A stretch of DNA of 64,000 nt from positions 62,248,001 through 62,312,000 of the forward strand of contig OZ287751.1 in the NCBI GenBank assembly GCA_965649765.1, given 5' to 3'. The position numbers and the translations under genes were made by a program. This DNA is from Bispira polyomma. Lineage: Eukaryota. Numbering within the stretch: position 1 is the first letter of the stretch; every line of letters starts with the position of its first letter. Shown here piece by piece: positions 25,100-36,200 of this stretch. A model generated the notes under the pieces. The model searched no databases. It worked only from the letters and a program-made list of their open reading frames with translations, and was not told the origin of the DNA.

Positions 25100-26135
25100 G
25101 CTGCTTAATTTATTTATTTATTCCTTTATTCATACACAAGGTATACTATTACAAATACAGAATACATAAATGTTTTCACAACCAGGAACAAGGAACAATG
25201 TTATTAAACACTATTTACAGTTTGGCAGTTACATTAAATTTTATACAAATGTACATAAGGCGCCGCGGTGGCCTAGTGGTTAGCAAGCATTGCACTTCAC
25301 AATTACTGGTCTCTCACCTCTGCGCGGCGTGAGTTCAAATCCCGTCGATGCCTATGTGAGAAAGGTGGTAGTTCCTTACTGTGGGCCACTGGTTTCTCTG
25401 CAGAACCTTGACCGACTGTATGCAGTGTTTCCTCCAGCGTTTCCAACTACCTGTCCCAATATAACCTACTAAAAGGTAGAGTGGACGTTAAATATCCAAA
25501 TTCAAATACATAAACATTCTAACATACAACTAATCTCAGTATAATTAAATTTAGTATGATTTATCTCTTTAATACTAATGAGATCTCCACATATTATTCC
25601 ATCCTCTATGTTAATCTGAGAGTGAACATGCTTGTCACTTATTTTTAAAATTCTTGAGGTGCTGTAAGAGCACATTTATAGCTACAATTAAGTTCCTTTG
25701 AAATTGCATTGATGTTTTTTCTCACAGTAGAATGACTTCCATAAACAGTCAGTCTACCAGCAAGTTCTACACAATTGTTATCACTGGTCAACATTGTATG
25801 TATAAATTTGTTGAATCTTTTATATAACTGCACATTAATTGGGACATCATTGCATACTAAACGTATGTATCTACTATGGGTTCTGTTTGACAGGTTATAT
25901 AGTCTTCTTATTGCTTTTCTCTATGCTGTATGAAATTTTAAAATTTCTCCAGATTCAAAATCCCATAGTACACAGCCATAGAGAGGCATACAATAACTTT
26001 TAAACAATTGTTATTTTACTGACACAGATGCATTTTGAAATATATTAAGTATACTATTTAAAGCAACATTTAATGTATTTATAGCTTCATCTATTGTTTT
26101 GACTTTTTCATTTAAACCGATAATACATGCAATGA
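25100..26135 (-). mobile_element. 5'-truncated LINE (CR1/L2 group, subclade uncertain) inserted into E1 and itself interrupted by the SINE
   Basis: LFKSYCMPLYGCVLWDF...RKAIRRLYNLSNRTH...DLISIKE...EISCMLECLC; (TAAA)n-like tail near 25110. Confidence 0.75.
25259..25506 (+). mobile_element. tRNA-derived SINE, copy 2, with 7-bp TSD
   Basis: GGCGCCGCGGTGGCCTAGTGG...GAGTTCAAATCCC; TACATAA on both sides (25252-25258, 25507-25513). Confidence 0.88.
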
Positions 26136-26856
26136 CTCAAATCAAGTAATAGAATGTATCGACTGCTTGTTTTACAACATTGGGATGATGAACTTCCACC
26201 TCAGTGTTCAATTGACTACTTGAAGTTAACATATGTACCAGGATTATGGTTTCAAAAGTTTGAATAATCTCTAATTCTTCGTCTGGTGGAAGTTCAACAT
26301 TGACGTAAACATGTTTGGCAACAGTCACATTGTGGAAATAACCCCTAAAGTTCTCATTCAGTCCCCTAATATGGACTATGGGAGCAGTTGTGTGAATTTC
26401 TTGGCAATAAGTCTGCTAATTAGTAATTGAAATTTGGACATTGTGTACCCCATTGTTCCAATTCGCCTACTAGGACCGCAGGGGTATTACCTTGCCTGTG
26501 ATTCCAGCATTCTTGACCAATGACCCAAGGTCAGTAACACTTTTTTGTACTACCTTGTCTATTACAGAGGCTGTGTTACTGTATCCTTGGTTTCTACATT
26601 CCTGCAACTATATAGACTGATATATATGGTTAGTGTCATTGTGACTGAGTTCTTGCTCAGCCTTAAAGTAATCACAATTATTGTTGTTATCAATACTGTT
26701 GCCAATACTATTTCTAATCTCATTAACATTATTATTCTAAACGTTTAATCTATTAGTGTAAACAAAATCTATATACTTTATACAACTGTTACTCTTCTTT
26801 ACTTTACTGTCCTTATCACTAACTAAAGTTCGTCCATCTAGTTGTGAAGCAAGATC

Positions 26857-28108
26857 CTAGCTTTTACCTGACTGGTTATCTGGTTGTTTACTCACATTCG
26901 ACTTGAAACATTTGAACTCCAGATATGAGGCGTCTTTTCCTAGTGTCTTGCTACAGTACCAGCATATATGTCTATATGCCCCCTGGTCAGCCTTATAGGT
27001 GCATTTGTCGTTAATAAACAATTTGCAAACTAATTTGTTCTCTGTGGAATCACCATTATTGCCCTGGTTTTTTATTGCAGCCATTTGTGAGGTGCTAAGG
27101 CGATTAAGAGACCATTGCGTGTTTTCTTTCAAGGTCAGCCTCCTGTCTACAATCTCCTGCATGCTGAGGGCCCAGGCTGACCTGATGACTAGCCATGAAA
27201 GGGTAGCAGCATCTCATAACGCATGGATCACCTGGTTGAGCATAAGCTTCATTGTAGCCGGATCCGAAACAAGTAATGAGTTAGACAACTGCCCTGCTGC
27301 CCACTGTGGGAGTGTCAAGTCGTCGAAGGCAGGCCTTTTTCTAGCTGACGTTCAACCCCAGCCCTCATTGGGCCACCTTTACTCGCGGTTGGCCAAAGCA
27401 ATGTCTGTGGTATTAAACCTGCCCGATTTTTGTCTCAATGGGTGCTTACCGTGTGTGATTTCGCTCTGAGCCAGTGCTTCATAATCTGCCGGTTGTCTGG
27501 CTACTGCCGCCTGTATGTTTGTGAAGGATCTGAGTGCGTCGAGATTGGATACTATGCCATCCTTATTGTACCCCTGGTCCACCATCGCTGTAGTGTGCTG
27601 CGGAGGCAACAGAAGCAATTGGCCAAAATGTCAATGCGCCGTTCCTGGATACCGGGCGGGAGGAGGAGGTAATGTGTAGCTTTCCGACCTCTTTGTTTGG
27701 ATAACTGTGCTGTCTCTCATAATGTGAAAATTTGCCGGAGTGATTGTGTTTTGTTTATCTTCTACCTGCTGTAGACGCCTGGTAATACTCTTGTTAGAAG
27801 ACTTTAAGTCTCTCATAATGGACATCATCTCGGACATATCTTGATTATCATTGCCCGGTGGCTGTGTGTAAGAGCCGTGAGATTGATGGGTGAGATGTCT
27901 ATAGGCACGATCTGACAATGCTACAAGTTGTGGGTCTAAGGGGGAAATACTGGATGATGGAAACGTAGCATGAGCTTGGCGTTGTAAACTGGTAGCAATA
28001 TTGTTTACCTGTGTACCACTCCCTTTCGATTCCTTTGTTCCAGCTGTGACCTTTGTTGTTTTCTTAATTTTTTTCACTTTGCACGGGTGCCTTTTTTGTC
28101 CGTCACAT
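26857..28108 (-). pseudogene. E1 gag-like ORF1 with C-terminal Cys/His cluster
   Basis: M*RTKKAPVQ ... KSGRFNTTD ... [17 protein letters not shown] ... CKLFINDKC...HICWYC..FKC. Confidence 0.85.
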
Positions 28109-29069
28109 TGTAACACTATATCACCAAAATGATGACACATTTCGATAAATTAAAATAAACAACTAAATAATAAACCCAAGTAAAATCTGGTTTATTTTCA
28201 TGAAAAATTCCTTCAGTGATGTTCACTGGTGAAAATGTAAATGTAAAATGGAGGATAGCTAGTGAAGCTAGAGGTCACAAGTAGCTAATTATATGATTGG
28301 TTAATAGTGTGGATGGACAGAAAACAAAACCATGACACTGCATTCGCTAGGTTTTTTAAGGTAGTAGGTATAATAATGGGTGTGGACTGAACTAGCAGTC
28401 ACCTAAAGGTGACCTGCTGTGCAAATCCACTGACCTGAATGCATCTCATTTGAACGTGGTATAACTCATTACAGGGAAAACCCTCCTGGCTGAGACCAGT
28501 CTTCGTATTTGCACAGATAAGACTGATCTAATTCACATAGTGGAATCATAATGAATTCCTGCATGATGGATAAGGATAAAATACAAAGACTTTTTTCAGC
28601 ACCAGTATCTATTTATAAAGTCAAACTGCGCTCATATAAACCTTGAGAGAAAAACACTTGAAGAAAGTCCACTAATTTATAAAAGCACATTTTGTTATTC
28701 AGATGTGCAGCCGTGTATATGACCAGAACTCTAAAGACTTCTGATATAATTATAGTAAACTGGAGTCATATTCAAAGCTAATGTTTTCTTACTGTTTTGG
28801 ACATCCCCTCCTGTTTTTTACATAAACAACTCTCTCCCTGTGGATACAACTGTTCGCTTTGTGTGTAGAAGTCTGGTGAACACGTTTTCCCAATGTTTGT
28901 ACGTAGCCTTTCAATTCCTCACATAGTTCAATCTATTCAAAACATAAGTACATGTGATGAGTGTGATTTTTTTTTAATGGACCGTTCACCATGGTTTTCT
29001 TCAATTGAATCTGTTTGAACTGCACTAAATAACTGCATTTTTTTACACGAATAACTTGTTATACCTTGA

Positions 29070-29310
29070 TCCCGTAATCTAGTGGTTAGAGAGTTAGTCT
29101 GGTGATTGTAAGGTCCCAGGTTCTACTACCGGTACTGGCCGGTGGAATAATATCCTTGGGCAAGATGTGAACACGTTTGCCTAGTGGCTCGGATGACTGC
29201 TAAAAACAGTGGTCCCCTATCCCTCAGGACTCAGGGACTGTGAGAAATAGTCATCTCAAATATTGGCACCCATAGTGTCTGCTCACAAGGAAACCCATTT
29301 TAATTGACCT
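29070..29310 (+). mobile_element. tRNA-derived CORE-type SINE
   Basis: A box TAATCTAGTGG, B-box-like GGTTCTACTACC, CORE hallmark TCCTTGGGCAAG. Confidence 0.65.
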
Positions 29311-30223
29311 TATGTTGTATAACTGCATTATAAGCAATAGGATATGTTTTGTTTTGTTCACATCCTAGCTAAATCTGAGATATGATTTTCTAACAAGCTA
29401 CGAATAAACGATATCAACTAATGACATCATAATGGAAGGGTTTTGAAATATAAACAAATACTATATAAAGTTTGAGTTTGTTTTGATAGTAAAGAAATTA
29501 ATCTATAATCTGTTTAACACTTTCGACATATATCAAATATAAGGATTATGCAATCTTATTGCAAATGTTTTTAATGTAGCATAAGTGTATATTTGAAGCT
29601 CATTCTTCAGGGCGACAAGTCGGTCCCGTTTGTTTGTATTCTGCAGTTTGCCGTTAATTTTCAATATTTTGGTGCACCTTCTGACTGCTTTGTGTTACAT
29701 TTTACCTATATAATTATAATAAGTACATTTTATAAGTGGATAATAAAAGTAAGATGTTGACTCGGATGGTATTGGTCATTCTTCTCTCGTAGAATTTGCA
29801 TCACTTGGGTAATTTTTCTATTGAATTCTACGTTAGTGAGACCTAGCAAGGCTAGGGTGTTCCGACGGCTTTCCCCTGATAACACTACAGTAGAGTTATC
29901 AATACATGTATTCACAGTTTTAGCCAGTACTGGGTACTTATAAATGTTGCCACCTCAGTATACCAACATGTCTATACTGAAGTGGACGGTGGCTCCTGTT
30001 TGTTCCTTCCTACAGAAAACGTAAATAAAAACAAAAGTCAGTGGGAATTGTGTATACCATAGGGACCTGGAGTTGTGAACAAAATATATGCTTACAGAAT
30101 TTTGTCTGAAGTAAAGCACAAACTTTTAAAGATTAAGGCTTTTTAATGACTAGTAATTCATTGTTCCTTTAGGACACAAAAAACTAAAAATTAGGAAGTA
30201 CATATACTAGCTAGGAAGTTATC

Positions 30224-30280
30224 ATGGAAACGACGACCGGAAATACGTCAAAGGTCCCCGAGAGCTGTCCCGCAGAAACG
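30224..30280 (+). CDS. NUBP1-like exon 1 ([19 protein letters not shown])
   Basis: ATCATGG start context, donor ACG|GTGAGT. Confidence 0.85.
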
Positions 30281-33200
30281 GTGAGTGAAGCGATTATATA
30301 AAAAGTGATGAAATTAGCTTTTTCTCTTCTGTATATCAGACTATATTATGAAAAGTACATGTTTGAACTATATTGTTTACAAGGGTGCATAATGATTGTG
30401 TATTTAGTGCATACAAAGTTTACTCAATTTATCAATATTCCCCCAATTCACAGGCATAGGATGCCCCCAAATTATGGAAAAAGCTGCTTCCGGATATCTT
30501 TACAGCTTCATCAATATATTTTAGATGAAAACTAAAAACCATTTTGTTTGATAGATCCTATCCTCCCTCACAGTATTTGTTGCCCAGCATTTCCATGGTT
30601 AATAAACCCCTACTGTATAATGGAGACCTTTAACACATTTTTATGTTACAGTGCGAAGGGTCTTTTCAAGAAAGTTACATCAGTTTTCTGCTGTTTACCA
30701 CATATTTGGACAGATTGCCTGCTTGTATGGATTGGCACCAAGTTACCTGATTGGTCTTATCAATCTGAAACCAATTACCAGGCAACTAAGGTCAAATCTG
30801 TCTATCTCATTGTTTATCCCCCAAAGCAGTGACGTCATATAGGGATAGACCATTTGCAGTTGCTGGACCAAAACTTTGGAATGAATTCACTACTTGTCTT
30901 GAATGATTACTTCCAAAGACATTTTAAAATCTAGACTAAATCAAATTTGTTCAAAAATAAACTCTTTGTAAATTCTTAACACTATTTAAATGATAATTGC
31001 TCATGTGTCTGTGAACATTCTATAAAATGGGCACGTTATATCATTTTATTAGTATTATTATTATTGTAAACGTTATGGCCGTGGGAAGCCTGTGATTAGA
31101 GAACGTTGAATTTTAGTGCTTTAACACAGATATTAACCATCTGAAGTCGAATTAGATTACATATGGGTCTACATGTCCACACTTAACTAACTTTGTGTTT
31201 TTTTGTACAGGAACTAGCTGGCAGGTCACGTGTGTGTGAGGGGTGTCCAGGCCAGGCACTTTGCCAGTCTCAGGGTGAGTTAACATTGTCTACAGCTTCA
31301 ACTTCCCTTAAAACAATAACGTCTCAACAATTCTGGATAGATGACTTCAACACCTGAATAATGTAACTTTACAATTTTGTTTATTCTTGAACAACGTTCT
31401 GTTATTTATGGCTGAAAAGTATATCCAATGTTTGCGTGGCAGATAAAAAAATAAATATGTACATCATTTGAATATGTTGCACATAATTCTGTCCAAGCTA
31501 CCAGTTATTATAAAATCATGCCTTTCCTGTTGAAGCACCTACCCTCTGCACCAATTTACCAATCAGAGATAAGATCAGAGTAAACCCACTCGGGCTTTAA
31601 ACGTAACCTTAAGACCCATCACTTCACCCTCGCTTACCCTCCATAGATCTCTTTCACCTCTCCCCTCAATCACTAATTTGCATACGAGATGGACTACGAT
31701 TTTAACAATTTTGTCAATAATGTTGCGCTTTAGAAGCAATTATAGGCACGTTAAAAATCTATCATATCGTACAGTATGAGAAATAAGCTTAAAGGTTATC
31801 TGTCCACCATCTAACTTCTCTCCCGAGTGGCTTTCTTGTAACAACAATTTTCTGGCCAATGAACTATCAGCCTCTTGGTTGAATATATGATAAATATTCA
31901 ATTTGGCACGTTGAATTTGTCAAGCACGTCTACTACTTCAGGGGACTGCTATCTCAGTCCACGTTAATTATATCACTTGACCTTAAAATTTTTTTAGGTA
32001 TAGCTATCCTCAGTGCATTCTATCACAACTACAAGGGCCAATCAAATTCCTTAATTAATTAGCTATTTCCGGTTTTTCTGGGGCTACACCTCCATATTGA
32101 AATTCGACATTGAAGAAACAACAACCAAAAATATTTTAACTTACATGGAAAGTTATATGAACTCGGTTTTTAGTTTATGTTTTTAAAAGTTATATTTTAG
32201 CCTGTTTTATACTATAAGGAAGGTGCTATTGGATTTGTGTGTGAATTGAAATGGGTAGAACAAAAAAGACTCCCGTTCAGCCAAAGAAACCAGCGAGCCG
32301 TAAAACAAAGGTGTCAAAACCTACCACTGGGACAGATGAACTACAGGTAACTAACAATATTGTTCGCAATCTTCATAGCCACCTTAATGAAGTAGAGGAA
32401 CCTATAACTCGACCGTCGAGTGCTGACTCGTTCCAGGTAGATTCACAATTCATACACCCACCGGCTACATCCCACGCAGGGGCTGATCCTCCCAACGAGA
32501 TGTTGGCAATTCTAAGACGATTAGAGTCCAGGCTGGAGAAAGTAGAAGCGAAAACGGCCTCGGGCAGTAACTCGGGTACCTGTACTAGTCAAACCACGAA
32601 CAGTGCTTCTGTTCTCGGACGGGCCAGCAATATTGCTAACAGTTTACCACTGCCCAGATACACTCCCCCATCAGATGTCGGGTTCAGGGACGGTCGGGGA
32701 TTTCCGCAGCCACAACTGGGGCCTACACCACACGAGTATAACAGGGATGGAATTGTTCCCAACTTAGACACTCTACGCTCTATGCCTGATGTTCAGTCAG
32801 CAGTGACACGGCAGCTGGCTAGCTACGAATCTCTAGCTCAGAGAGAACTATCTCAAGGTAAGACCGCCCAGAGAGTTAAGTCTGGCAGATTTAATTCTAC
32901 CGATGTTACCACAGTCGACCCTAGGTATCGTTGGCCGAACGAGGGCTGCTTAGCAATCAACGTCTCCACTTCTGCGCGCAAACGCCCCGCCTATGACGAT
33001 CTGTCACTCCCACAATGGGCAGCAGGCCAAATATCCAACGCTCTGCTGGTTGCAGACAATACAGCAATGAGGGATATGATGACCCAGATTGTTTTCGCAT
33101 TGCGAGACGCTTCATCGCTTCCATGGCCAGTAGTGAGAACCTCATGGGCCTCTAATATGCATGAAGTCGAGGAGGGGCGCTTAACGTGGCAGGATCACAC

Positions 33201-36200
33201 GCAATGGGTGCTGTTCCAAAGTCCTAGGAAAAGAATCTAACCACCCTGAATTTAAATGTTTTAAGGCAAATTCCAGCAAGCAATCTGATAACCAAAATGT
33301 AAAAAATAGTTAGGAATTGTTGATTCGACAGCCAGTTAAGCAATATGGAACATTGAAAGAAACTGTAAATACTGGAGTTAATGAGAACTATGAAAGTGCA
33401 AATATGGTTAATGACAAATATAGCCATAGTAACAGAACTGAGGTATCATTTAGGGAAGCCAATGTAAGAGGAAATTATATTCATAAAACTAATGCCATGT
33501 CAAATGTATTATGTGAGAACATTTCAGGAAGCACGTATGGTGACGTTGGAGCTGTCCAAAGTCAGCAGCAATTGCTTACACATAGCAGGGGACAAGGAAT
33601 GGTCAAGTTGACCACAGGGGAGTGTAGCTCGACCACCTATGTACAAATAAAAGATTGTAAAAATCAAAATCATTCAGTCCACATTCAGAATGGCAGTCAT
33701 GAATGGGGACCAATAAAGGTAAAATTTAATGTAACCAATTGGTACTTATTTTGTTTGACCACATCAAAAAGCTTGCCAGTACTTTACATTGGGGGCCCTA
33801 AAAATTTTAAAAACGGCTTTTATTATAGCCAGACTGATGAAGTGACAGGACAAGAAAGCTACACTCCCTTTGAATTTGAACCTAACGGTATGTTATCTGT
33901 TATTAATTCTTTTGAAATCTGGGTCAACAGAGTTAACGACCTGGCATATGTAAAATTTGATAAAATCACATGTAAATCAGTGCAACAACAGAAACAAGCC
34001 AGTAATGCTTTCCACTACTACAAAAAAGATATGGAGTGTTTAAAGTCTAGTGGTAAAAACTGAGCATCTAGAAGATTTAATTGATAATTTAATTGGATGC
34101 TGTGAAGGTAAAAATACAGATTGTAATATTAGAAATGTAGATGTGACAGACAACTCGGTACAGACTGAAGATAGTAGTGTAAAACCTACTAAGAGCATGG
34201 TAAGTTATTGCGATGAAAAATATACTCACCCTGCGTCGTCCGAATTCTTCTCCCAAATGACATATATGCTCAAGGCTAGTGAACCTGTGAACAGAAATAT
34301 CACAGACATACATGACAAAAATAAGACTGTAGGGTTCCTTGCTTTATCAGACACGGACTTCAAATTTCAAGGTCCAGATAGGCAACCAGTACATATTAGA
34401 ACAGTAGAAGACATGATTGCAATTGCACAAGTAAAAAAGCAGACAGGAGTACCAAATTACAAACAAGCCAGAATACCATTGAGTTCTGGTTTAAACACAC
34501 AAGCTTGGCAATATATGCTACAGGATTATCCTGACAAGTTACTACTTCAATACATCACATTTGGTTTCCCACCTGATAGGTTAGGCAATGTTAAGGTCAA
34601 AAATCATTACTCTGCTTTGCAGTATCCCTATGAGGTGGGTGAATATCTTAAGAAAGAAAGTGATTTAGGTGCTATGTTAGGGCCAGTTAAGGAGGTTAAA
34701 ACTCCAGACTACCATTGTTCTCCACTTCTTACAAGACCCAAAGATACTGATAAACGTCGAGTGATTTTGAACCTGTCTCATCCATATGGCGATTCGCTGA
34801 ATGACAATGTTGATAGGGATCAATTTGATGGCGTGGCATTCGCATTAAAGTTCCCCACAATTGATGATATAATACAAGCCATACGTGACACTGAGAACGC
34901 CACTTTATTCAAAATTGACGTGGCCAGGGCGTTTAGGAATCTACGAGTTGACCCTGTGGACGCAATTAAGCTAGGAATCTCTTGGCAGGGCGAATATTAC
35001 GTGGACCCTGCCATTGCATTCGGGTGGGTTCATGGCAGCGCTGCGTTTCAGCGTTGCACGGACGCAATAACTGCTCACATATGTAAACAGGGCTTTAAAG
35101 TATTCGGATACATTGACGACTACGTTTGCATTGCGCCAGAAGGAACAGCCAACGAGGGCTTCAACAAACTCTACACATTGCTTAAAAAGCTGGGTCTTCC
35201 AATGAACCAAGACAAATTGACTCCCCCTACTACTAAACTTACATGCCTTGGCATTGATTTTGACATCATTAAGGGCATTATAAGTATCCAACCAGAAAAG
35301 CTTAAGGAAGTGTGTGATGTTTGCGTAGAAGTTTTGCTCAAACAATATATATCTAAAAATAAGTTTCAATCACTTCTAGGAAAGCTTTTATACATTAACA
35401 AATGTGGGACACCTGCACGCATCTTCATTAACAGATTACTCGCTGCTTTTAGAGCTGGGCACGCCAACAAGCGCTTTAAAGTTACTAATGAAATGAAATA
35501 TGACCTGGAATGGTTTATAAAATTTTTAGAAAAATACAATGGTGTTAATTTTATTAATCACATTAGTATACCATATGCAGACGAGCTGCATCTGGACGCT
35601 TGCCTCACAGGATTTGGGCGCATTTGGAACCGAGAAGTATATGCCACCCCATTTCATGACTTATTCGATGGAAAATTAACAATTGTACATCTCGAGATGC
35701 TGAACATAGTGATTGCGCTACGCGTATGGGCAGAGAAGTGGAGACATGGTAGTCTTATGATCAACTGTGACAACATGGCTGTGGTTCTGGTTGTTGAATC
35801 ACACAAAACCAGAGATAGTTTCTTAGCATTGTGTTTGAGAAACATCTGGTTACTAACAGCTACTTATGATATTTCTTTACAAATTAGACATATACCTGGT
35901 AAGAAAAATGTTATTGCAGATGCTCTGTCTAGACTATATTCAGACAAAGCTTCTGACCAAGATCTCATAAACAAGATTGACAGTGATTTTGAGTGGAAAC
36001 AAATACCAATTGAATATTTCAACCTGGATTTGTCAATATATTTCAGGTTCCACATACATCAGCCAAATCCTGACGTCTTCAGCCAGTGCTAGGATTGACT
36101 TAGATTTGAGACCAAAGACAATGACAGCCTATAATGCTCAATTTAGAACTTTCTTAGCCTTCCTAGAATTTACAGGTATTACAACTGTAAACGTACATGC

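Larger units (their letters stand above)
21200..28423 (-). mobile_element. Decayed Ngaro/DIRS-group tyrosine-recombinase retrotransposon (element E1)
   Basis: Direct A repeats 28201-28423 and 21952-22174; B1 ~22175-22335; gag, RT/RNase H and YR remnants homologous to the 32-38 kb element; B2 not found; left boundary approximate. Confidence 0.9.

Noticed and set aside
33299-33310. A AAA AAT slippery heptamer for -1 gag-pol frameshift
   Set aside because: The -1 frame meets TAG immediately, and the heptamer is absent in E1
33834-33862. CTGATGA...GAAA hammerhead-like core
   Set aside because: No stem II pairing between the motifs; it lies in coding sequence (TDEVTGQES)
34050-34063. Programmed frameshift between the pre-RT ORF and the RT
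   Set aside because: The offset is +1 at an A5 run in a copy with other lesions; a single-base insertion is simpler, and E1 is disrupted here so it cannot confirm
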